From positions 3,224,001-3,288,000 of the forward strand of contig CP075493.1 of the NCBI GenBank assembly GCA_021613535.1: a stretch of 64,000 bases of DNA. Reading direction: 5' to 3'. Positions 37,485 to 50,970 of this stretch are shown here, piece by piece (position 1 is the first letter of the stretch; the number at the start of each line of letters is the position of its first letter). Made by a program: the position numbers and the translations under genes. Under the pieces are notes generated by a model, which did no database searches, was not told the DNA's origin, and was given only the letters and a program-made list of their open reading frames with translations. This DNA comes from Adineta vaga. Its lineage: Eukaryota > Animalia > Rotifera.

Positions 37485-38696
37485 ATGAATCGGATACTTG
37501 ATGATCTTTGGTTAGGACATTCGATGCGATGGTTTGTACCACCACCACCACCACCATTTCTGTTCCATGGTCTTCATTCACCATTTCGTCCATTTTTCGA
37601 CTATATCCATCCAGCCATTGATCGACTAGTACGTAATATAAGATAGTTTTCGTATTGATACATATTTTCGTTATAGTCACCGGTACTTTCCGATGAAAAT
37701 CATCATGATTATTATAATTTGTATACTCATCGACCAGCATCAACTATGCCAGATTCATTTATCAAACCAGCCAAAACATTGAAACCATTCAATCGCCAAT
37801 ATGTCACATTGACTTGTTTGGGTAAAGGTGGTTTTGGACAAGTATTTGATGGCCGACAACGATCAGACAATACACCTGTTGTAATGAAATTTCTTCCAAA
37901 AAATCGTATAATCAATTGGGGAACATTTGAAGATGTAAGTAACAAAAACTTTCAAAGAAAACTCTTCGATATATGTTTGTTTTCTATATTAGAAACGTGT
38001 TCCATATGAGATAGAACTTCTTTGGCGTCTTCGTGGTTTATCTGGTGTTATTCGTATATTTGAACATTTTGAAGAGCCTGAACGTTTTATATTTATAATG
38101 GAAAAAGTTCCCAATTCATGTACACTATTTCATTTCATCATAGAAAGTTCTCCATTGGAAAATACGGAATTATTACGACATATTTTTCGTGAAATGATTC
38201 GAATTAATATAGCCTTACAAACATATGGTATATGGCATCGAGATTGTAAACTTGAAAATATTCTCTATTGTAAAACTGATCGTTCATTACGTTTTATTGA
38301 TTTTGGTTCAGCTGCACCTGTACAATCAGAAGATTTTTATGAATTTCATGTATGTTATTATTTTTGAACTCGTTTCTCGATTGACTTTTGTTTTTCTTTT
38401 TCCCTATTTGTCTTTGCTAGGGTACATTAGAAATTATGGTACCGGAATGGATTATACAAAAACGATACGATGGTGAACGATCTTGTGTATGGGCATTGGG
38501 TATTTGTCTATATTTCTTATTATTTCAACAATACCCATTTCGTTCGAAAGTTGCTATTATTAATGGTCGATCACAACTACCATTTACAAGTTCAAGTGAC
38601 AAAGAAGCATATCATACGATGAAACAATGTTTACATGCGAATGAATATCGTCGTCCAAAATTGATTACTTTACAAAGTTTACCTTGGCTTGATTAA
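37485..38696 (+). CDS. PIM-like Ser/Thr protein kinase
   Basis: LGKGGFGQVF, VVMKFLPKNRI..W, RVPYEIELL, HRDCKLEN, IDFGS, GTLEIMVPEWI, VWALG; four exons. Confidence 0.88.
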
Positions 38697-39065
38697 AAAC
38701 AAAAACATATCGAATGATTAATTAAGAAGAAAAGCAAAATTTCATTTCGAAGATGTAGTCAACTGTCAAATGAAATCATTTATTCTTCATTTTACTTTAT
38801 TATTTTTCTTATCTATTCATCTATAGTCGATGTAGAAATTCTGTTCATTTTGTGAATATTCGAGAGTAGATTTAACGAGATAACAATCTTTCATGTAAAG
38901 AAAATTTTTAAAAAAACACATCAAATGTCCTTCATCATTTGTTTTTAATTCAAAGTCTGTCGTATGAGATGTTTTCTTATAATAAAAAAAAAGAATTACT
39001 TTAAAAACGCATTCTTCTTTTTATTTTCGTTCGAAATCACAAGCAGAGAAGAAGAAAAAAACAAA

Positions 39066-41381
39066 CTAAACAAGTGTACCACGACAACCAAAACCAGAAC
39101 AATCACCGGTAGGATATGTATCTGGAATAATTTGTGTTTCAGTTGTTAATTCCAATGCAGTACCATCGGGACCAGGAAAATTTACTTGAATAAAGAAAGC
39201 TTCCCAACCACTCATGGGACTTGCAATGGTTAAGGAATAAACGATTGTTGTTGCTGTTTGAGCCTAGATAAATTTCAAGGATAAATGAAGAAATTATTCA
39301 TGAATAAAAATCGAATTTACTTCGACAACGACATCATTTTTTAACCAAATAACTGGATTAACAATGGCTTTACCCGGATGATTTGGATCGCCAATAACAA
39401 GACGAAAATCACGTCTATCATCAAATAAATTATAGAAATAGTTTACAAGAATATCATATTCTTTTTTTCTCTACCGTTTATCATTGAGTGTTCGAGCATG
39501 ATAACCAAGTGCACTGATTGGTTTAGGACCTACTGTAAAATCAACCATAGCACGAATATAACCATGAGTATTGTTCGACGTTTTCGTCCATTTAAACGAA
39601 GGTAATGCTCGATTCTTCGATTAATAAAAGAAATAAATATAAAGTATAGGAAAATAAGTGAATTATTAACGTACATCGTAAAGACTCATGTAAAAACTTC
39701 GCATAGTAAAAAATATACTGATTTCATGACCAGCACAGGAATGTTCAGCATTTGGTAATCGTCTTTAAAAGAAATTATTATTACTTTTCAAATTAAATTC
39801 ACATTAAACTTACCTTAAAAATGAACCACCAGTAGCTGCTTGTAAATCAGTCCAAAATGCATCCTAAATATAGAATTATATTTTCTAATTTTAGCATATA
39901 AATTTCACTTACTTCATTGTCTGGAAGGAAGAATTCATCACCACCTGTTTGTATTTGTAAGATTTTGATTCGTCTATATCGTTCAAAATAACCTACGATG
40001 AAAATAAAAGGTATATATATATCATCGATTAATATATTGAAGAAGAAATTTACTATATGGATCAACAATTTGTCCCATTTTATTCAAATTTGGATGATCA
40101 ACATATTGTGTAATATTTAATTCATAATAATCATTAAATGCAAAAGTCCATCCAGCTAAAGACTATAGAATACATGGGTTGAATAGATCTAATCTTTCTA
40201 TTGTTATCAAATAAATTTACTCGATAGTGATGATGCATATTCTAGAATAAAAAATAAATGTAGAATAAATAGTATTTCATGTATGATTTTTACTCGTTGA
40301 AGATTGAGAATATCCATAACAATAGGTACTGCACCAATAACACGTTCATTATCAACAGCAGCCGTTGTCCATGCTGAAGAATATAATGAGAAAAATTCGG
40401 ATTGAGAAGGTAAGAAAAGAACTTACTTGTCCATCCTCGCTAAAATTTAAAGGAATACAAAACATGATTAATGAATAATTGGAAAAGAAAGATGAAAAAT
40501 AATATACCTTCGAAGCACCACCGATAACGAATGTTTTTGGTACAGCAATACTTAATTGTTTAGCAAATTGTTGCACAGCATCCATAGCACGAACAGAAGC
40601 CTATAAGAAATGAATAGAAAGAACGTATTTTTGAAAGATAAAAAAAGAAACAAATAATAATCTTCTATACTTTAGTCATTGGCATACGAAGAAGTATGTA
40701 TGGATTAGTTGGATCTTCAAGAAATGCTTTCCATGTCCAAGCAATAAGAGCATCTTCACTTCGACTTCGATTCGATGGATCAGCCTATGAAATAGAACAC
40801 AATGATCTTCAATTAATTAAAAACAAATGTTTACTTTGAAACGAAATGATTGATTGGGTATATCTTGTAAATGAACACCTAAACTTCCAGAACTAACTGC
40901 AAACATTGAAGTCAATGCAAGCATATTATCTTGAGGATTTGGTATTCTAAAGTCGTATAAAATCAACATCTAAATTAGAAAATAAATATCATAAATATGA
41001 CTTACTGATCAGAATTATGACCTCCATCGATAATCATAAATGCACTATTAGGACGAGTCAATTTATGTGGAACTGTAATACATAAATAATGCCACCAAAT
41101 TGGATGATCAGTAACACTTTCTATTCAAGATATACGTAGCACAAAACAAAAATGACTATCTAACGAAAAGAAGACTTACCATCTAACCATTTTTGTGATG
41201 TAAAATTAAGAATAAATAGTTTATAGTCTGGTTGATCATATGTTCGAATGACAACCCATCCAAAATTTGGATCAGCTGCACGAACATAATCATCCAATGG
41301 AGTTGATGAACTCTTTTCAATACATAAGAAACCAATAATAACCAAACTCAACAAACCAAAAATGGTTTTCGTATGTTGCAT
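39066..41381 (-). CDS. PqaA/AprA-like (PhoPQ-activated pathogenicity-related) secreted alpha/beta hydrolase
   Basis: Signal peptide, TPLDDYV, LNFTSQKW, WWHYL, RSEDALIAWTW, LLRMPMTK, GASK|RGWT|TW, DEFFLPD, LPNAEH; about 15 exons. Confidence 0.9.
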
Positions 41382-42294
41382 CTTTACTAGAGACTGTTAT
41401 ATCTCTAATGCAGAAAAAGTGTGCAAATTCATTTTCACATCACCGTTATAAACAAGCTCGGGTTTTGTTGACTTTTCTCTGATAAGATTTTTTTTCTCTA
41501 GTATATTTCTCTACAATGAGAAAGATAGAACATGATGTATCATTATCTACATGCTGATATAATCCAAAGAAAGAAATAAACCAAACATATCCGAATGAGA
41601 CTTATGAATGATAATAATCAATTGGACTTTTATCGATTATTGTTCATGTAATTTGTAGTAGTCTTTGTACTTTCGAGTGGTATCGAACAGAAATATCATT
41701 GTATTTAGTCTGATGAAAATGATTTAAAGTTCTTATGATAATAGAAAAAAGAAAGTCTATTTATCTTTCTACTTACAGTTAGTTATCTCAGTTTGAATAA
41801 TGATCGACATTTTTTCGTCTATAAAATAAAGAAAGTAGAGCATCTATGATATTATGAAATCTAATCGTTGATAAAGTATCCAATTTCATGTAAATAATAT
41901 GACTTAGTTTGAATAGGACAAAGCAATGGTAAAATTTTATCTCTAATCTTGAACCTTTTGCAAAATCATCCAGTAAATCTTTATTAAGCAATTCATTAAC
42001 AAGTATCGTATGGAATCTATTCATAAAAACAACGAATAAACTCTGTTCTATTTTTATTATTCCCAAGAAAGAAAAAAACGAAAGAAAGAAATAGAAATAA
42101 TTAGCTTTTCTCTTCAAGTTTAAGTTTTACAGACAAACAACAATGGAAAAAAAACAAACATATTCAATTCATATGTAAATGTCCGAATACTAGAAATGAA
42201 CTGACGAAATAAGAATACATTGCGTCTAGATAAAGGAATAAAGTATAAAAATTCAGACGATTGATCACCGGTTGAGGTACGTAAGAAATTTTCA

Positions 42295-44267
42295 TTACGA
42301 TTTGTTTGCTTTTTCTCTAGTTGCCGGAAATGTTTTCTTTGATTCGACGTCACTTTGTTCATTATTACGATTGTTTAAAGTTTGTAATGTTGCCAAAGGA
42401 TTCATCATTGCTTGCATGGTTTGCAAAAACTTTGCAGCTGTTTCGGGATCTGTTGGTAAAGAAAATGGCGATTGACCTTGTTGTTGAAGTGCAGGTGACA
42501 TGGTGGCAGCTTGTGTCGCTAAATAATAAGACCAAGCTAATAGAAATCGATAATCTGGTGTTGGAACTGTTTGAGAATTATTTGATGGAGATGTCAATGA
42601 TTGAGTAGAAGTAGTTGAAATCGGAGGTGATGAACAAGATGACGTTTCATGTTGAATAGAATGTTCAATAGAATTATCATGTTTATTTTGTTGTTTATCA
42701 TCTGATTTGTTGTTATTACGAACTGGAACTTTCACACGACGAGTATCGACAACTTTAAATTGATTTTTTTCTTCTTCTTTTTTCGCACGATTAACATAAT
42801 ATTGTGTAATATCCGCTTTATTCTGTATGAAATTACGTGGCATACCAGTATGTTTGTATTTGATATGATAAGTAGCAGCATAACGAGTATGAATCTCTTC
42901 TCCACAGTAACCACATCTAAAAATGATATCAATTATCAACGGTTATATTTGATTCTTGAAATTTATCATCAAACTAAATTTCACATAGACATGTTATTTC
43001 AATAATGTTTATATGTACAAAACGACTTTTCTTTCTAAGATCAAATAACTTTTCTTTTTAAACATGTCTATTAAAAGAACACATGGAACCGGATATTTGT
43101 ATTTATTTGAAGCATTAAATAGGCTGATAGTTAATTCGACTAAAGAAAAGATCAAAGTAATACTTACTTATATGGTCTTTCATTCGTGTGTACAAAAACG
43201 TGATCTTCCATACTTGGTCGATGATTTGTCGTATAGGAACATAAACGACATGCGTACCTATATAGAAAATCAAATCAACTAAACAAGACAATATTATAAA
43301 ATAGTTCGATTTACTGTTTCTCTGGTTCATATAATGATCCATAGTATTGTTTGGGACGATTATAAACAAGAAGATATTCTCCATCATCTATACGAGAAAG
43401 AGTTAATTATTATTTTCGATGTAGAAATAAAAGTTAACCTTCAGAATCGGATCCTTTTGTATCAGCTGATGGATATAAATCTGCGAGAGGAATCAATGAT
43501 GATGAACATTTTAATTTCAATGATGGAGATATTTCAATTTGATTATTCAGTTCTGTTCCTTGTTCATTGCCATCATCTAATATATCTGCAATTGGTAATA
43601 ACATCGATTCACAATTATCTATGTCACATATTTCATCACTTGCAATAGGTGATAAATCATTTCCATCATTCATCATTGTATTGAATGGAACAGCAACACC
43701 ATTAATTGGTTTGATTTCCTTGTCGTATTGTATTGAACGACGTGGTTTTTTAGTTTGTGGTTCTTGAATTGTATTGGATAAAGTTGATATTTCTGTACTG
43801 TTTAAATCGCGATAAAAATCTTGTTCACGTACACGATTTTCAAGTATTTTAACTTCCATATTTGGATGACAAAGTTCAATATGAACCATAATTGTTGATT
43901 TTGTCGTTGATTTATGACCACAATATGCACATGCGTACGGAGTTAAATCAGTATGTCGATAGATATGATTTTGCATTAATGATGTTGATGGTGCTTTATA
44001 ATCGCAATGTTTACATTGAAAACGTAATGGACGTTTACTTGCTGCAGATTGAACTTTTGGTGTTAATATTGATGAATTTGTTGGAGGTAAATCTAACATT
44101 CGTTTACCAATTGGTAATGTAAATTTAGGAGAAATCATTGATGATGATGTTGAAGATGAAGATGATGCTGTTGATGATGGTGGAGAAAGTAGTAGAGGTA
44201 ATCTTTTTCTAACACTCAAATCAAGTACACCATTATCATCATCATTGGTTATAACTTGAGTTATCAT
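42295..44267 (-). CDS. C2H2 zinc-finger transcription factor with CtBP-binding-like motif
   Basis: VLDLS motif; FQCKHCDYK..H..H, YACAYCGHK..H...H and further fingers; multi-exon. Confidence 0.85.
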
Positions 44268-46001
44268 GATGATCTAAAGTATGGCTTATTTATATTAGTC
44301 ATCAATCTTTAATGTATATAAAGTATAGAAAGAGTAATATGAGTTGTATTCTACCTTAATCGTTTCTTCTTTGTTACTAACGTAATTTACTACTTCTGCT
44401 ATACTATATACGATCATATATTTTATTATATACATACATGTGTTTTGTTTACTTAGTTTAGCAAACAAGATATACGCTTTCGTCTTCTTCGTTCCTTTTC
44501 ACTATGTCGAATGGAGAGACTCTTTCTAGTTTATATCAATATATCAATATGTACATGTTTACTTGTTTTATTTTAAATTCGCAAATGCTTTTAACAGATA
44601 GAAAGAAAGAGAGAACACGTTTTAAATCGCTCATGCTAATAGACCAATCTGTCAATGTTTGTATAAGTAAATATTGAACAATTGCTAATAAACATCATCT
44701 AACAAACTTTCTTCTTCTTTGAATTAAATGACAAGAAGGAAATAAGTAAACAAACTCTTGAACATGATAATCATTCAATGTGCTCAATAAATATCGGCAA
44801 ATGAGAGAGAGAGAGAGAAAGAGGAGAAAAAGGATGTTTAAACGCTGGAATTAAACTGATGAAATGCACATTAATGATGAAAGAAAGTTTTCTTTTTTTC
44901 AAATCATTTACCTTTATCAATTGTTTGCTAATCGAATATTGCTATCGTCGACGTTGTCGTCGTTTTTCTTTCTTTGGTATTATTGTCACTTCAATCAAAT
45001 ATACACAGAAACGAATGATATCTCTCTTTCTCTCTTAGTTTTTTTTCTTCTTTACCGATTCAACAAGATTTTTGTCGATATATTCACTTTTTTCTTCTTC
45101 CCTCTGTTTGATAAAGCTTTGTGTAAATTGTTCTCTCTCTCTCTCTCTTCCCCTCTCCGTATGTTCTCTGCTGATGCTGTTTGAAAAAGGCAGATGGCGT
45201 CTCTCCTGTATGTGTGTTTACTCCCTTTCTCCTTCATCATTTAAATATTTTGAGTTAAGAATACGAATGATGAAGAGAAGTATAATCCGTTGATGACGAC
45301 TGTGATCAAATTTCGAATGTGTAAGAGCGCACGCGCATATGCTGTAAATCCTCACTTTCTGTTTATTTTTATCAAACGTTTGTTGCGCCAATAATTGCTT
45401 TTTATCCGATGGATGAAGTATAAGAAGAAGAAGAAGAAACGAAAATCGATGTGAGTTATTTGAGAACTTGTCATCCGTTGCACATGCATACAAAGTATGA
45501 TAAGAGAACTATGATTTAACAGAGTTGATAAGAAGAACAAAGTAAAGGTTTTTTATGTGATCGTAAAATAAATAGTTTGAAAAGACAACTATAGACAATA
45601 TACTTACTTAATAAATACTTTTTATTCAATTCATTCTAACACATCGATTTAAAAATGCAAGCAAATGAATGACGTGTGTATACATTGACATTATATTAAA
45701 GATTTGCTTGCTCTTTTCTTGTATGTAAAGATACAAAATCAAACAATTCATTCATTCTTTTCAATAGCAAAAGAAATCGAATGATATCATGGGCGGTTGA
45801 CATAGTAAAATAGGCTTTTTTTTCTTTTTGAAAACATTGGATCATATGTATGATTATTGGTTAAGAACAGCAAGCACTATGTAACACTTTTCCTATTGTT
45901 TGTCAATGATACAGAAGATTTAACATTCATTATTACGCGCTAATTTTTATCTAATATTTTGTTTTGTAAATATTTTCGATGATGTAATAATTTGTGTTCG
46001 T

Positions 46002-47524
46002 ATGGATTCATTAATAAATTATGTTCGATCGACATCCCTTCGAAATCGAATCTTTTTCGGTCTATCAATTTTTTGTCCACTTGCATTTATTTCCAAATAT
46101 AGTTTTTCGAATAATCCAACATTGATATTTTGTACAGCTATTCTTGCCATTGTTCCATTAGCTGCATTTGCTACTGAAGCCACGGAAAGTGTTGCTCAAT
46201 ATTGTGGAAATTTTTTTGGAGGTTTTTTAAATTCAGGACTAGGCAATGTAGCCGAACTTATATTTACGATTGTTGCATTAAGAAAAGGTTTAATTAATGT
46301 TGTTAAAGCATCAATTTTAGGAGCAGTGACAAGTAATGTCTGCGTAGGTGTTGGATTAGGTATGTAGAAATATAAATTGATCGTTATTGATGATTAATTG
46401 TTATTTTTTAGCTTTATTTTTCGGTGGTTTACGTTTCAAAGAACAGACATTTGGTGAAAAATTAGCTGGTATCAATGCTGCTTCACTTACCTGTTTAATA
46501 ATTGTTATTTTATGTACGATAAAAAAAGAGACGAACGCATAAATCTTTTCGTTACAAATGAAAAATTGATCACTTTTGTTCTTAGGTCCATCAGCATTAA
46601 AAATTTCATTAGGATCAGATGTGATGACTTCGAAAATAATGCGTCGATTCTCATATGTTAGTGCACTAATACTTTTCATACTTGGCATTCTTAATATTAT
46701 ATTTGCTTGGAAAACACATTCATATTTATATACTGCAGATATAAAGCGTAAAACTGAGACAAAACGTCGTGCTCAAACTGCTTTATCAATGATGGCTCTT
46801 GATCGTTCACCATCACCTTTACATAGTCCATCAAATCATGAGTCAATCATTGAAATAGAACCTAAAAAACCTGTTCAATTCTATTTACTTATCAAAGAGT
46901 AAAACATGACTTCTTTCTCAATGAGTAATCTTCTTTGTCACTCTAGTATAAGTTCATTGATATTAACTACAATATTAATCGTATGTTTATGTCAATTTAT
47001 TGTTGATAGTCTCGAAGGTGCTATTGAACAATTACATATTAGTTCAAGTTTTACAGCAGCTATTATTCTTCCACTAGTCAGTGCAATTATTGAATTTACT
47101 ACTTGTATATCTTGTGCATTGAAAAATAAGATTGAACTCAGTATGTAACAAGAAAAGTTCTCTCTAATTATATTTTTTACAATCAAAATGTTTTTCTTAG
47201 CTATAGCAGTTACACAAAATTCGACATCACAAATCTTATGTTTTATTGCTCCAATAACATTAGCAGCGAGTAATTTTATATTCTATAAAGAATCTAATGA
47301 TGAAACAAATATTGGTCTTGATTTTGATTTTAAACCATACGATTTGATTAGTACGATATTCTCGGTTGCTATTTGTAAGCAAATGAAGATAGACATACAT
47401 ATTTGACATTTAGTATCATTCAGGTAATAGTGTATTGAATGGTAATTCGAATTGGATGCAAGGAATTCAATTGTTATTAGCTTATGGAACAATTGCAACT
47501 GGTTTCTTTTACATGCCTTTTTAA
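46002..47524 (+). CDS. CAX: Ca2+/H+ antiporter of the CAX (CaCA) family
   Basis: LAIVPLA..ATESVA..GGFLNSGLGNVAELI..ALRKGLINVVKASILG; FFGGLRFKEQ; GNSNWMQGIQLLLAY; multi-exon. Confidence 0.88.
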
Positions 47525-47561
47525 AATGGTGAAGTTTTGGTTGAGATATATATTTTTGAAT

Positions 47562-48972
47562 TCACGGAGAAATACAATTGAAAAATTCTTCTTCCTTAAT
47601 CGTTTCATTTAAGATGAATTGTGAATCTCGAAGTTTTTGTTGTTTGACTTTAAATGAATAAACAACTCGATCCCAAAAACCTGCTTTCGTCGGTAAAATG
47701 ACTTCCTGTGACGAACGTTTTGATGATGATATGGATAATCTTTTATCTTCTACTTTATCCCAAAAAGGTAAATCATCATCAAAGAAACTTTCAGCTTCTT
47801 TATTAAGATCAATAAATGTCGTTGGATCGAAGCGTGTATCAATAAGTTGATTGTTATTATTATTCTTATCATCATTACTGTTGTTGTTCTCTGTTTTGAT
47901 ATAATCCAGACGATATCGTTGTCGACGTGGAATAAATGGTGCAGAAATTAAATGATAGTTTTGGTTTTTTTCGATATATTCCTAAAACAAGAACAAATTT
48001 TTGAAATTCTCATTTCATTTAGCAAATTTATGATCAAAATTATTCATCTTACAATTGGTCTTAGTTTTGTTCGATAATCTTCAATTTGTGCTTTGATATT
48101 TGGATCAATTTGTTTCATTTGAGCAACAATATGACTAATACTTGGTCGATGACTATTTGTCGATGAATGTGTACGATCATATTCAGCTATTTGCTGTCGA
48201 ACTTCAAGTAAAGTTTTTTCTAAACGATTGCGATAGTTTTGAACAGCAAGTGATGGTAATTCTCGATGTGATTTGAATGTATTTCCGCCATATAAATCTT
48301 GCTTAAGTTTTTTTAAATCATGTCGAATTCTTAATAGACCACGTTGAGTACGATAACGAAATTTCTTATGTCGAAATGGACGATGTTGGATGAAAAGATT
48401 TTCGTGTGGAATCTTTTTCTTCACATGAAGTATATTAAAAAATTTTGGTTCAATTATATCTGTATAGGGATAAGGAGATTCTTTTAGATCATAAGTTAGA
48501 AGATTTGGTGGATGTAGCATTTGTGCCATACGAATTAATTGAAGTTTTTCTCGTTGATTTCTAGCAAAGGAAAAACGATCCGCCGGTTCTGATGAATTCA
48601 ATATGGAACTATTTGTAAGTGTTACATTCGTTTCATCTAAATCAGTAATAATATCTTCCATATCTTGATGTATAGAAAGTAATGTTTTCGCTATAACTTC
48701 ATTCCATTGAGTAATACTTTCATCAGATACATCACTACTTGATTGACGAAGTTTTTTATGAAATACTTCACGTAATTTATCACGTTTTCTCATCGATTTC
48801 TGCAACGAATTGTTGTTGTTGTTGTTGTTCGTATCTAATGAATTTTCTGATGTAACAATGGCAAAAAATTCTGCTTCATCATTTTCTATACTTAGTTGTA
48901 TATGAATTTGTCGTGCTGGTGAAGGAGCAAAATGAACATGTTTCGATGAAGATAAAGGAGCAATAGTTGAAC

Positions 48973-49024
<52 letters not shown>

Positions 49025-49228
49025 GTCGTCGTCGTCATTCGATGAACTTTCTTCAAACGATGCTGATTCTGAATCTGTTGATGTTCTGTTACTTCGCATA
49101 CTTAATTCAGGTGTAAAATATTCTTCATGAATGGAGTTTCTATGAAAATAGCTTGATATTGAACTTGATTTTGATAATGATGAACGAAGAGCAGCAGTCG
49201 GGAGAGTCGAAAGAAGAGTCGAATCCAT
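47562..49228 (-). CDS. Unknown protein with poly-Asp tract and coiled coils
   Basis: Long first exon (49228-48053) spliced to an open second exon (47981-47562). Confidence 0.75.
48974..49036. repeat. Coding trinucleotide microsatellite (ATC/GTC)x21 = poly-Asp on the minus strand
   Basis: Direct reading. Confidence 0.95.
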
Positions 49229-49967
49229 TTTATATACGATTGTAACGAATAACCAAAAAAGAACGTTTTGAGATGAAACAGATGATTAATATAGACATAT
49301 TTCATATTTCTACGCTTCACTTATTTCAAAAGAACTATTTTTTTCTCTTTCTACATTTTGATTCATATGCGATATGAATGTAAAAATAAAATGTACGGAC
49401 GATACAATAAACGCAATTATATGATCGATCTATCGATCAGTAATACTGAAAATATTCTAAAATGGACTTTATTGAGTACATTGGATGAATTTTTTCCAAG
49501 TCATCAACACAGTTTACTTCAATCATGAATCTTAATTAATTCCGAAAGTTAATTACAATTGAAATACATTATTTAGTTTCTTCCGACGCATCAATCCTTT
49601 CTCTATTCTTGATTTTATGCTTGTATTTACAGATAAATATTTATTACAGCTCTGAGTAAGAATTACTAAGAGTAAATATTCTTTTACGTCATCAGATACA
49701 GTGTGTTACATTTTCGATTCGAATAAAAGTTTGAATAATGGGTAACTACATACGCCCGTCGGTACTCAAATCGATGGTTGCTGGAACAAGAAATAATGAT
49801 TCTCTCGATATACTACATTATGTAAATAGTTCTAAAAGGACAATCTATTTTAGCGATTTTCTTTTTCGTTCTATACAGAACACAAAATATATATACATGT
49901 GACTAAATAACTATTACTATTATATTTATACGTAGACATTTTTTTTTATCAAAACAAACCTTCGAAT

Positions 49968-50285
49968 ATGCCATCCGAACAAGAAGCAATAAAAGTTCTT
50001 CCAACTGATGTTGATATGAATGGAATAACAGATGCATTTAATGATCCTGTACAAATTTTTCGTATGTTAGATAAAAATAATGATGGACGTATAACAAAAG
50101 AAGATTTACAAGTTCTATTGGAACAATTTGGTATTCATGGAATGGCTTCTAGCGTTCTATCAAGATATATTTTTAAACAATTAGATGCAAATAATAATGG
50201 TTCAATTGATTCAAGTGATTTAATCAATGTTGGTAATCTTCTTTGGAATTTATATCAACAAAAACAAAATCTCGCTAATAATTGA
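49968..50285 (+). CDS. Small EF-hand calcium-binding protein (two EF hands)
   Basis: Loops DKNNDGRITKED and DANNNGSIDSSD; single exon. Confidence 0.9.
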   Translation: MPSEQEAIKVLPTDVDMNGITDAFNDPVQIFRMLDKNNDGRITKEDLQVLLEQFGIHGMASSVLSRYIFKQLDANNNGSIDSSDLINVGNLLWNLYQQKQNLANN

Positions 50286-50970
50286 TTCTTTCGAATTTAA
50301 TCAAGCAATCCATATTTTATGAAACGTCGTCTTCATCATTATTATTATATGAATAAAATTTGAAAAGAAAACAACAACTTTAGTATCTCCTCACTTTATT
50401 GCAGTTTTTTAAAATCCGAAACACACATATCCAATCAAATAATAAATATATGTATATATATATTTCTATCAATATATTCTTGTGTTTGTGATTCTCTTTC
50501 ACTTGCTTCACATACACTTAACAACATTGAAAAGAAGAGCGAAACAGAGAAGAAGAAAAAGAGAGAAAAAAAACGAATATGGGAAAACAACAATAAAAAT
50601 AAAATTGCTGCCGCAGTGACTGCGTGCATACGCACAAAACAAAAACAAAAGAGAAACAAAAAAAACGTTCATATGTATATTTAGATTGTGCATGTAGTCA
50701 TCAATGATAATAATAATAAAAAACAGATATAAGTAATGTGATGTTTTTTTTGCTTTTGTTTTTCTCATATCAGAATAATAACCAATAGCCAATGGCCAAA
50801 CCAACAACATTTAACAGTGCAAAGAACAACAAATAAAACAAAACAGAAGAAAAAAAGTCAACCCATTCATAGGGAAAAAAAACGAATATATATATATATA
50901 TATGTATAGAGATATAGATATAGAAATGGTTTGTTTTGGTTTTCTTTCTTTGTTGAAATTTATCTCACTG

